Shown piece by piece: positions 34,665-44,688 of a stretch of DNA of 64,000 nt (its first letter is position 1; the number at the start of each line of letters is the position of its first letter). Where the stretch lies: assembly GCA_964372085.1 (NCBI GenBank), contig CAYJPQ010000009.1:12415-76414 (forward strand), in the 5' to 3' direction. The notes beneath the pieces were generated by a model, which had not been told where the DNA came from, ran no database searches, and saw only the letters and a program-made list of their open reading frames with translations. The position numbers and the translations under genes were made by a program. Source of the stretch: an uncultured Bifidobacteriaceae bacterium. Its GTDB lineage: Bacteria > Acidobacteriota > Vicinamibacteria > Vicinamibacterales > UBA2999.

Positions 34665-35702
34665 ATGTGGACCACACTCGCCTCCCGCCTCGTCATTGGC
34701 CTGGCGCTCGTCGCCTGGGCCGCCCCCGCCGGGGCCACCCTCACCGCCGGCGACAACCGCGCGCGCGCCGGCTGGCTCGAACGCTACACCGAGGCCCGAC
34801 AGGGCCCTGAAACGGTGGAGAAGGTCACGCAGACCTTCAAGGTGGGCCCCGAGGGCTCGCTCGTCCTCACGGGCATCTCCGGCGAGGTCAAGGTCACCGG
34901 GGGCGACGGCGCCGAGATCCGGGTGGAGGCCACCAAGCGGGTGCGCCACCGCAACCCGGCCGACGCCAAGCGCATGCTGGGCGAGTTGCGCATCGACTTC
35001 AACCAGTTCAATTCGCGGGTCGAGGTGCGAACGGTCTACGCGCGCCGGTCGATGAATCGCGAGCGGGAATCGTCTTCGAGCGTCGACTACGTCGTGTCGG
35101 TGCCGTCCGACGCCGCCGTGGCCGTCAAGACCATCTCGGGCAACGTCGTCGTGACCGCGGTCCGGGGCGAGGTGCGGGCCGAGGCCATCAGCGGTGACGT
35201 GGAAGTGAGCGCCACCCCCAACCTCGCGCTGGCCAAGACCGTGTCGGGCGATGTCACGGCCCGCGACGTCGCGAGCGCCTCCACGCTCATGCTGGGCACG
35301 GTGAGCGGCAACGTGACGGCCTCCGGCCTCAAGGTGCGGACGCTCGAATGCGGGTCGGTCAGCGGCGACCTGAGCCTGTCCGGCGTCCAGGTGGAGCGCG
35401 TGGCGGCCAAGTCGGTGTCGGGCAGCATCACCTTCGACGGCCCCCTGGCCAGGGGCGGGCGTTACGAGTTCACCACCCACTCGGGCGACGTCCGCATCAC
35501 CGTTCCCGCGGGCGCCGGCTTCGAGCTCGACGCCAACACGTTCAGCGGCAGCGTCCGGTCGGATTATCCAGTGACGCTGCGAGGCCGGGGCCCGGATCGG
35601 GAACGGGGTGGAAATCGGACGATCCGGGGCACGCATGGAGACGCCGGGGCCCTCCTGACCGTCCGGAGCTTCAGCGGGTCGGTGGTCATTCTCAAGAAGT
35701 AG
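34665..35702 (+). CDS. DUF4097-like repeat (putative adhesin / beta-helix) protein
   Basis: Repeated ISG(D/N)V.V motifs (ISGEVKVTG, ISGNVVVTA, ISGDVEVSA, VSGDVTARD, VSGNVTASG, HSGDVRITV). N-terminal signal/anchor. Confidence 0.7.
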   Translation: MWTTLASRLVIGLALVAWAAPAGATLTAGDNRARAGWLERYTEARQGPETVEKVTQTFKVGPEGSLVLTGISGEVKVTGGDGAEIRVEATKRVRHRNPADAKRMLGELRIDFNQFNSRVEVRTVYARRSMNRERESSSSVDYVVSVPSDAAVAVKTISGNVVVTAVRGEVRAEAISGDVEVSATPNLALAKTVSGDVTARDVASASTLMLGTVSGNVTASGLKVRTLECGSVSGDLSLSGVQVERVAAKSVSGSITFDGPLARGGRYEFTTHSGDVRITVPAGAGFELDANTFSGSVRSDYPVTLRGRGPDRERGGNRTIRGTHGDAGALLTVRSFSGSVVILKK

Positions 35703-35711
35703 CCCCCAAGG

Positions 35712-35717
35712 TATAAT
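35712..35717 (+). promoter_or_regulatory. TATAAT -10-like box upstream of the small secreted protein gene
   Basis: GGTATAATCT, with TTCTCA 17 nt upstream. GGAGG RBS and ATG 35736 follow. Confidence 0.4.
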
Positions 35718-35735
35718 CTCGGGCGGAGGCTAGGA

Positions 35736-36188
35736 ATGAAGAGCGTAACCGGGCTTGTTGCAGTGATCGCGGGCGTGTTGCTGGCCGGGAGCGTCGCGGC
35801 CCAAACCACGCCGCAGGGTCAGGTGCCGGCGGGTGCGACCGCGCTCGGGTCGGTCAGCCTCCCGCGCAGCGTCATGGCTGACGGCAAGGCCCTGAAGGCC
35901 GGCACCTACCAGGTGCGGCTCACGGCCGACGCCGCGCAGCCCGCCGTGCCGGGCCAGCAGATGGAGCGCTGGGTGGAATTCGTGCAGGGTGGCAAGGTGG
36001 CCGGCCGCGAGGTCGTGAGCATCGTGCCGGCCGGCGAGATGAAGGATCTCAACAGCCAGTCCAAGGGGCCCAGGCCCGCCGCCGGGGGCACCCGCGTGGA
36101 GATGCTGAAGGGCGATGAGTACCTGCGCGTCTGGATCAACCGCCGCGGAGTGAACTACCTGCTGCACATGCCGCCCGTTAAGAGTTAA
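35736..36188 (+). CDS. Small secreted hypothetical protein
   Basis: GGAGG RBS. Signal peptide MKSVTGLVAVIAGVLLAGSVAAQ. No recognisable domain. Confidence 0.6.
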   Translation: MKSVTGLVAVIAGVLLAGSVAAQTTPQGQVPAGATALGSVSLPRSVMADGKALKAGTYQVRLTADAAQPAVPGQQMERWVEFVQGGKVAGREVVSIVPAGEMKDLNSQSKGPRPAAGGTRVEMLKGDEYLRVWINRRGVNYLLHMPPVKS

Positions 36189-36282
36189 AGAGTTAAAGAG
36201 TTAAGAACAAAGGGCCGGGCCGCCACAGCGGTACCGGCCCTTTTTTGTTGGCTAACTCTGAACTCTGAACTCTGAACTCTCT
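36183..36282. repeat. Inverted short-repeat arms (AAGAGTT/AAAGAGTT)x3 and (AACTCTG)x4 flanking a terminator hairpin with central GGTACC
   Basis: Read directly: GTTAAGAGTTAAAGAGTTAAAGAGTTAAG ... hairpin ... TAACTCTGAACTCTGAACTCTGAACTCTC. Confidence 0.85.
36209..36246. terminator. Bidirectional Rho-independent terminator between convergent genes
   Basis: Stem GGGCCGG (36212-36218) / CCGGCCC (36234-36240) with inner CCGC/GCGG pairing. A-run upstream and T6 downstream. Confidence 0.8.
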
Positions 36283-37935
36283 TTAGCCGCCGATGGACAT
36301 GACGTCGAACTGCTCGTGGTGCAGGTGCACGTCGGGCTTGACGATGATGTCGCGGCGCAGCAGGTCCTTCAGGTCGCGCAGCACGCCGCGCTCCTCTTCC
36401 TGCAGGGCCCGGGCGATGTCGGGGTTCACCCGCAGCAGCACGCCGGGGCCATCGAGATCGGCGCCCACCTTCTTCACCTCGGACAGGATCTCGTAGCACA
36501 CCGTGGCGCTCGACTTGATCGTGCCGGCGCCCGAGCAGTAGGGGCACGGCTCGGTCAGCACGCGCTCGAGGCTCTGCTTCACGCGCTTGCGGGTGACAAT
36601 CACGAGGCCGAAATCCGACACCTGGAGGGCCTTGGACGGCGCGCGGTCCTTCCTGAGCTCCTGCTCGACCGCCTGGAACACCTTCTGGCGGTTCTTCTTC
36701 TCCTCCATGTCGATGAAGTCGCAGACGATGATGCCGCCCAGGTCGCGCAGGCGAATCTGGCGCACGATCTCCTTGGCGGCCTCGAGGTTGGTCTTGATGA
36801 TGGTGTCCTCGAGCCGGCCCGCGGTCTTCTTGCCGACGTAGCGGCCCGTGTTCACGTCGATGGCCACCAGCGCCTCGGTCTGGTTGATCACGATCGAGCC
36901 GCCCGACTTGAGCCACACCTTGCTGCGCAGCGCCTTGTCGAGCTCGGCCTGCACGCCGTATTCCTCGAAGATCGGGAAGTCCTTGTCGTAGAGCTTCACG
37001 CGCGGCGCCAGGCTCGGCATGATGCGCCCGATGAACTCCACCACGCGCTGGTGCTCCTGGGGGTGGTCGATCCGGATCGCCGAGTAGTCGTCGGTGAGCA
37101 GGTCGCGCAGCAGCTTGCTCACGAGGCTGGGTTCCTGGTACACCGTGACGGGCGAGCGGGCCGTGTCGCCGCGCTGCCGCATGTCGACCCAGATCTTGTA
37201 GAAGTAGTTCAGGTCGGCGAGGATGTCGTCCTTCGACCGGCCCTGGGCGGCCGTGCGGATGATGACGCCGCCGCCGAAGCTGTGCTGCTCCCGGAACTCC
37301 TTCACGATGCCGCGCAGCCGTCCGCGCTCCTCGCGGCTGTCGATCTTGCGCGAGATGCCGATGTGATCGACCGTGGGCATGAACACGAGGAAGCGGCCCG
37401 GCAGCGTCACGTGGCAGGTGAGGCGGGCGCCCTTCGTGCCGAGCGGCTCCTTGGCCACCTGCACGATGACGTCCTGCCCTTCCTTCAGCAGCTCCTCGAT
37501 CTTGGGCTCGTCCCTCGACGGCCCTCTGGACGACCCTTCGCTGGCCGAAGGGTCGGCGGCGCGCTCCTTGCCCTCTTCGCGCTCGCCGCCGCGCCGGCCG
37601 CCCCGATCGCGGCCACGCCGATCGCCCTTCTCGGCCTTGTCGGCCGCGGCCCCCTCGGCGCCGGCCGCCGGCGCGGACTCGTCCTCGTCCTTGTCGTACT
37701 CGTCGAGGTCGGCGATGACGTCGGAGACGTACAGGAAGCCGTCGCGCTCGAGCCCGATGTCGACGAACGACGACTGCATGCCGGGCAGCACCTTCGAGAC
37801 GCGGCCCTTGTAGACGTTGCCGACGACGCCGCGGCTACGCTCGCGCTCGACGAAGAGTTCCGCCAGCTGGTCGTCCTCGAGAATGGCCACGCGCGTTTCG
37901 TGGCCGTTCGAGGCGATGATCATCTCTTTGTTCAT
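36283..37935 (-). CDS. rng: Ribonuclease E/G family endoribonuclease
   Basis: N-terminal S1-like MIIASNGHETRVAILEDDQLAELFVERE...GNVYKGRVSKVLPGMQSSFVDIG, an acidic/Arg-rich insert, and a catalytic core with IVCDFIDM. Confidence 0.85.
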   Translation of the reverse strand: MNKEMIIASNGHETRVAILEDDQLAELFVERERSRGVVGNVYKGRVSKVLPGMQSSFVDIGLERDGFLYVSDVIADLDEYDKDEDESAPAAGAEGAAADKAEKGDRRGRDRGGRRGGEREEGKERAADPSASEGSSRGPSRDEPKIEELLKEGQDVIVQVAKEPLGTKGARLTCHVTLPGRFLVFMPTVDHIGISRKIDSREERGRLRGIVKEFREQHSFGGGVIIRTAAQGRSKDDILADLNYFYKIWVDMRQRGDTARSPVTVYQEPSLVSKLLRDLLTDDYSAIRIDHPQEHQRVVEFIGRIMPSLAPRVKLYDKDFPIFEEYGVQAELDKALRSKVWLKSGGSIVINQTEALVAIDVNTGRYVGKKTAGRLEDTIIKTNLEAAKEIVRQIRLRDLGGIIVCDFIDMEEKKNRQKVFQAVEQELRKDRAPSKALQVSDFGLVIVTRKRVKQSLERVLTEPCPYCSGAGTIKSSATVCYEILSEVKKVGADLDGPGVLLRVNPDIARALQEEERGVLRDLKDLLRRDIIVKPDVHLHHEQFDVMSIGG

Positions 37936-37965
37936 GGAAGTCCCTGGAAAGGGCGGGGCGCATGG

Positions 37966-39051
37966 TCAGTTCGTGAAGCGGCGCATCCGCACGTTGAGGA
38001 TGAGCCCGAACGCGGCCAGCGTTGCGATCAGGGAGGACCCGCCGTAGCTCATGAGCGGCAGGGTGAGTCCCTTGACCGGCGCGAGTCCCGCCGACATGGT
38101 GATGTTGTAGACCACCTGGAACGTGAACGCCGACAGCACGCCCAGGACAAGATATGCGCCGAGTCGGTCCTTGGCCAGCCGGGCCGCCTCGAGCGCGCGC
38201 AGGATCACGAACAGGTAGAGCCCCAGCACGACGAGCACGCCCGCGAGGCCCTGCTCTTCGGCCAGCACCGAGAAGATGAAGTCGTTGTGCGCCACCGGGA
38301 GGAATCGCAGCTGGCCCTGCGTGCCGCCCATGAACCCCTTGCCCCACACGCCGCCCGACCCCACGGTGATGCGCGCCTGGATCTGCTGGTAGCCCGCGCC
38401 CCGCGGGTCCTGCGCCGGGTCGAGGAAGGTGGCGATGCGCTCCCGCTGGTAGTCCTGCAGGCCGAACTTGTAGGCCACCGGCGCGGCCAGCAGCGCCACC
38501 AGCGCGAGCATGCCGAGGTACCGCATGGGCATGCCGGCCACGTACGCGACGACGAGGAGGATCGGCAGCAGCGTCACCGCCGTGCCCAGGTCGGGCTGCC
38601 GCGAGACGAGCAGCAGCGGCACCGCCGTGAGCGCCGCCGCGATCACCATGTCCTGCGTCGACAGCGCCGAGCGCCGGCTCTCGCCGAGCAGCTTGGCCAG
38701 CACCAGGGCCACCGCCGCCTTGGCAAACTCCGAGGGCTGCAGGTTGAACACGCCCAGGTCGATCCACCGCCGGGATCCGCCGCGGACGGCGCCGAAGAAG
38801 AGGACGCCCACCAGCAGGGCCACCATCCCCAGGTAAATCCAGTGCGACTTATCGGCCAGCGAGCGGTAGTCGAACATCAGGCATGCGGTCATGGCCACCA
38901 TGCCGAGGCCCAGCGCGTACAGCTGCGTCCAGTAGACCCGTCCCGGGCCGCCCGTGGCGCTGTAGATCATCGCCAACCCGATCGCGCAGATCGCCAGCAG
39001 GGCGCCGATGAGCGCCCAGTCGATGTGATGGTAGAGGCGCCGCTCGAACAT
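37966..39051 (-). CDS. rodA: Peptidoglycan glycosyltransferase RodA (SEDS family)
   Basis: FtsW/RodA motifs (QPSEFAK, HNDFIF, SYGGSS). ATG 39051 overlaps the mrdA stop. The track ORF is over-extended to 39513. Confidence 0.9.
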   Translation of the reverse strand: MFERRLYHHIDWALIGALLAICAIGLAMIYSATGGPGRVYWTQLYALGLGMVAMTACLMFDYRSLADKSHWIYLGMVALLVGVLFFGAVRGGSRRWIDLGVFNLQPSEFAKAAVALVLAKLLGESRRSALSTQDMVIAAALTAVPLLLVSRQPDLGTAVTLLPILLVVAYVAGMPMRYLGMLALVALLAAPVAYKFGLQDYQRERIATFLDPAQDPRGAGYQQIQARITVGSGGVWGKGFMGGTQGQLRFLPVAHNDFIFSVLAEEQGLAGVLVVLGLYLFVILRALEAARLAKDRLGAYLVLGVLSAFTFQVVYNITMSAGLAPVKGLTLPLMSYGGSSLIATLAAFGLILNVRMRRFTN

Positions 39052-40955
39052 CAGCGCCCCTCCGGCCCTGGCCAGGCGGCGGCAACCACGCGCACGGGCG
39101 CGACGGGGCCCACGGGCGCCGGCAGCACCAGCTGCGGCATCGGCAGGCCGTCCTTCTCCGCGAAATAGGTCTCGATGATGTGGCGCGCGATGGTGGCGCC
39201 CTCGGAGCCATGCTCGGAGTGTTCGGCAAACACCACCCCGGCGACTTCGGGGTTGTCCCTCGGTGCGAAGAACACGAACCAGCCGTGATCGCGCAGGTCC
39301 TTGTCGGTCCCCCGCGCGCGCTTCTTGCCCTGGTTGGAGATGACCTGCGCCGTCCCGGTCTTGCCTGACACGTCGCGGCCCGCGATGCGGGCGCGCCCGG
39401 CCGTGCCCTGGCCGTTCACCGCCAGCCACAGGCCGTCGTGGATGGCCGACACCGTCCCGGGCTTCATCAGCAGCAGGGGGAACGCCGTGGTGGGCGGCGG
39501 CACGGGCTGCCACCCGCTGCCCTCGTCCACCGCCGTCACCAACCGCGGCACGACGCGCGTGCCCCCGTTGGCGACGGTGGCCATCATCACCGCCAGCGAC
39601 ATCGGCGTCACCGAGAGCTGACCCTGGCCGATGGCCACCGAGATGGTCTCACCCGCGTACCACTTCTCGCCCGTCCGTTGCCGCTTCCACTCGGTGGAGG
39701 GCACGATGCTCTCGATCTCGTTGGGCAGGTCGATGCCGCTCTTGCCCGCCAGCCCCAGCTTCTCGGACCACGTGTGGAGCCTGTCGACGCCCAGCATGTT
39801 GCCGAGCGTGTAGAAGTAGACGTTGCACGACTTCTCGATGGCGTGGCGCAGGTCGAGGTAGCCGTGGCCGCCCGAGAAGTGGCACTTGAAGAACCGGCCG
39901 TAGAACGTGGCGCCGCCCGGGCAGTAGATCTGGTGGTCGGGCGTGATGAGGCCTTCCTCGAGCGCCGCGGTGGCGACGACGATCTTGAACGTCGACCCTG
40001 GCGAATAGCGACCCTGGAGCGCGCGGTTCTGCAGCGGCCGCAGCTTGTCGGTGTTGAGCGCGTTCCACGAGGCGCGGTCAATCCCCGTCGAGAACGCGTT
40101 GGGATCGTAGGCGGGCAGGCTCGCCAGCGTGAGCACGTTTCCCGTCCTGGGGTCGAGCACGATCGCCGAGCCCCAGCGGCCCGAGGCCCGGAACGCGTCC
40201 TCGGCCGCGCGCTGCATCTCGTAACTGATCGACAATTGCACGCGGCGGCCTTCGATGGGCGGCACTTCCTCGAGCGTGCGGATTTCGCGGCCGGTGCTGT
40301 TCACCACCACGCGCCGGGCGCCGTCCTCGCCCATCAGCAGCTTGTTATACACGCGCTCGACGCCCGACTGCCCGACGATGGCCCCGCTGCCCACGGTGGT
40401 GTCGGAGGCGACCTGGTCCTCGCTGGCCTCGCCCACGTAGCCGATGAGATGGGCCGCCATGGACCGGTCCGGGTACTCGCGCGTGGGCACTTCCTGCACC
40501 ACCACGTCGGGCAACTCGAAATCGAGCCGGCGCGCCGTGACCGCCGCCACTTGCGCCAGCGTCGCGTCCTGGATGATGACGATGGGCCGGTACGAGGGCT
40601 CGCGGCGGTGGCGGTCCACGATGTCGCGCACGGCCTTCTCGCCGACCCCGGTCACCGCCGCCAGCACCCGGATGGTGCGGTCGATGTCCCTGGTGTGCTC
40701 GCGCACGATCGAGATGTTGAAGGCGCTGCGGTTCTCCACCAGGACGCGGCCGGTGCGGTCGAAGATCACGCCGCGCGGCGCACGCAGCGTCAGGGTGCGC
40801 TGGTGGTTGTTCTCCGCCATCTCCTGGAACGTGGCGTGCTGCACCACCTGGAAAAACCAGAAACCGCCGGCCAGCAGGCCGAACGCCGCCAGCACCGACA
40901 CCCGTAGCACGGTGAGCCGGGTCGCGAGGCGCCGCCGATCTTCGGCAATGGCCAT
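39051..40955 (-). CDS. mrdA: Penicillin-binding protein 2 (elongasome transpeptidase)
   Basis: N-terminal anchor, STFK active-site motif (PGSTFKIV) and KTGTA motif. Confidence 0.9.
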   Translation of the reverse strand: MAIAEDRRRLATRLTVLRVSVLAAFGLLAGGFWFFQVVQHATFQEMAENNHQRTLTLRAPRGVIFDRTGRVLVENRSAFNISIVREHTRDIDRTIRVLAAVTGVGEKAVRDIVDRHRREPSYRPIVIIQDATLAQVAAVTARRLDFELPDVVVQEVPTREYPDRSMAAHLIGYVGEASEDQVASDTTVGSGAIVGQSGVERVYNKLLMGEDGARRVVVNSTGREIRTLEEVPPIEGRRVQLSISYEMQRAAEDAFRASGRWGSAIVLDPRTGNVLTLASLPAYDPNAFSTGIDRASWNALNTDKLRPLQNRALQGRYSPGSTFKIVVATAALEEGLITPDHQIYCPGGATFYGRFFKCHFSGGHGYLDLRHAIEKSCNVYFYTLGNMLGVDRLHTWSEKLGLAGKSGIDLPNEIESIVPSTEWKRQRTGEKWYAGETISVAIGQGQLSVTPMSLAVMMATVANGGTRVVPRLVTAVDEGSGWQPVPPPTTAFPLLLMKPGTVSAIHDGLWLAVNGQGTAGRARIAGRDVSGKTGTAQVISNQGKKRARGTDKDLRDHGWFVFFAPRDNPEVAGVVFAEHSEHGSEGATIARHIIETYFAEKDGLPMPQLVLPAPVGPVAPVRVVAAAWPGPEGR

Positions 40956-40967
40956 GAAGCCCTTATC

Positions 40968-41474
40968 CTACCGTCTCAGTGGCTTGCCGGCGCGCCGGCG
41001 GGCCAGAAACCCGGGCAGCCACTCGATGAGCTGGAACCCCACCACCCCCACGAACCCGTTGCCCACCGCCTGCCCCACCACCACCGCGTAGGGCGACGGG
41101 AACTGGCGCAGGTCGAGCAGCAGGTACAGCCCCATGAAGATGACGGCGTGGGCCACCGTGGCCGACACGAACACCAGGAACCGGGGCAGGGGCGCCGTGA
41201 CGATGAACTGTGTCCCCACGATGCCGGCCGCAAACGCCACCAGGGTCTTGGCCAGGCCGCCGATGCCCAGGATGCCGCTCGACAGCGCGTCCTGCAGCAG
41301 CCCGGCCACGCTGCCGGCCAGCAGCCCCGTGACCGGCCCGGACGACAGCCCGATGTAGACCACCACGATCAGCACCAGGTCCAGCGCCGCGGTGCCGCGG
41401 AACACGAGGCCCGCCAGCGTGGTCTGCAGGGCCAGGGCGGCGACAATGGCCGCCAGCGCGCCGGCGATCTTCAC
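40968..41474 (-). CDS. mreD: Rod shape-determining protein MreD
   Basis: Small polytopic membrane protein directly after mreC (GTGA overlap). Confidence 0.75.
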   Translation of the reverse strand: MKIAGALAAIVAALALQTTLAGLVFRGTAALDLVLIVVVYIGLSSGPVTGLLAGSVAGLLQDALSSGILGIGGLAKTLVAFAAGIVGTQFIVTAPLPRFLVFVSATVAHAVIFMGLYLLLDLRQFPSPYAVVVGQAVGNGFVGVVGFQLIEWLPGFLARRRAGKPLRR

Positions 41475-42316
41475 GGCTCACCCTCGGATCCCCCAGGCGC
41501 CGGCGGCGGCGTGCGCACGACCAGCACCTCCTCGAGGCCCGAAAAATCCACGGCCGGCCGGATCGTGATCTGATGGTGCTCGGCCGTCCCGGTGTCGACG
41601 CTGTCGATGGTGCCGATCACGAATCCCTTGGGATAGATGCCGTCGATGCCCGAGGTCACCACCAGGTCGCCCACCTTGACGTCGGCGGTGCCGGGCGCGT
41701 ACTCGAGGCGCAGCGTGCCATCGCCGTACCCCACGACCACCCCCTGCGCGCGCGTCCGCTCGATCATGGCCCCGGCGGCGGCGTTGCGGTCCACGAGCAG
41801 CTGCACCTTCGAGGCGCGATAGCTCGGCAGGATGAGGCGGCCCACCACGCCGGCCGGCGAGATCACGGCCATGTCGGCCGATAGGCCGTCGGAGGTGCCC
41901 TTGTCGATCGTGACGGTGCGAAACTCGGGACTGGCGGCGGCGCCGATGACCTCGGCCGCGGCGGTGTCGAGTCCGGAGCGCTCGCGCAGCTCGAGCAACT
42001 GGCGGAGGTTGTCGGTGCGCTGGGCCATGGCGCGCTCCTGCTGCAGTTGCACTTGCAGGGTGCGCATCTGTTCCTTCAGCCCGGCGTTCTCCTGCTCCAC
42101 CCGCTGCAGCGCGATATACCCCGACCAGACGCCGCGCACGGCGCCAATCCCCGCCATGGTGGCGCGCTGCAACTCGGCGAAGGCCCCGAAGGTGATCGCC
42201 TGCAGGAGGGGCACGCCGCGCGCGGTGTTGACCTGCGCGGAGATCAGCACCACGTGGAGCAGGATGGCGGCCGCCAGCAGGGCGCCGGGCCGTTGTCGGA
42301 TGTCGGCGAAAGCCAT
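41471..42316 (-). CDS. mreC: Rod shape-determining protein MreC
   Basis: N-terminal anchor, a coiled-coil (ENAGLKEQMRTLQVQLQQE), then a beta-rich domain (VVTSGIDGIYPKGFVIG). Confidence 0.85.
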   Translation of the reverse strand: MAFADIRQRPGALLAAAILLHVVLISAQVNTARGVPLLQAITFGAFAELQRATMAGIGAVRGVWSGYIALQRVEQENAGLKEQMRTLQVQLQQERAMAQRTDNLRQLLELRERSGLDTAAAEVIGAAASPEFRTVTIDKGTSDGLSADMAVISPAGVVGRLILPSYRASKVQLLVDRNAAAGAMIERTRAQGVVVGYGDGTLRLEYAPGTADVKVGDLVVTSGIDGIYPKGFVIGTIDSVDTGTAEHHQITIRPAVDFSGLEEVLVVRTPPPAPGGSEGEP

Positions 42317-42322
42317 GGGTTA

Positions 42323-42378
42323 GGTGCCGGGTGCCACGTGCCGGGTGCCGGGTGCCACGTACCGGGTGCCGGGTGCCG
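42323..42378. repeat. 7-bp tandem repeat x8 (GTGCCGG / GTGCCAC / GTACCGG)
   Basis: Read directly. It lies in the mreB-mreC intergenic gap. Confidence 0.85.
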
Positions 42379-42408
42379 CCAATCGAGCCATGGGTCCCGG
42401 TGTCGGAG

Positions 42409-44515
<2,107 letters not shown>

Positions 44516-44544
44516 TCAACTGACTGAATATATCACGGCCGGAC

Positions 44545-44647
44545 GGGGTTCAACAGGGTTCCACACGGAGGTTCCACACGGAGGTTCCACACGGGGGTTC
44601 CACACGGAGGTTCCACACGGAGGTTCCACACGGGCGATTCCGCGCGA
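44545..44647. repeat. Direct 13-bp tandem array: GGTTCCACACGGA/G x6 with degenerate end copies
   Basis: Read directly. It lies in the divergent GGDEF / ppiD-like intergenic region. Same 13-mer family as 17083-17203. Confidence 0.9.
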
Positions 44648-44688
44648 GGCGTGTTACGATGTTTGTTTCCTAGAGGATACCGACGCGT

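Noticed and set aside
36316-39168. 950-aa plus-strand ORF antisense to rng and rodA
   Set aside because: This is the same GC artefact. It spans two well-supported minus-strand genes and their intergenic gap, and it has no recognisable domain.
44545-44647. The tandem arrays here and at 17083, 16573, 19373 and 42323, considered as possible CRISPR arrays
   Set aside because: The units are 7-13 bp and directly abutting with no unique spacers. No cas genes are present in the window.
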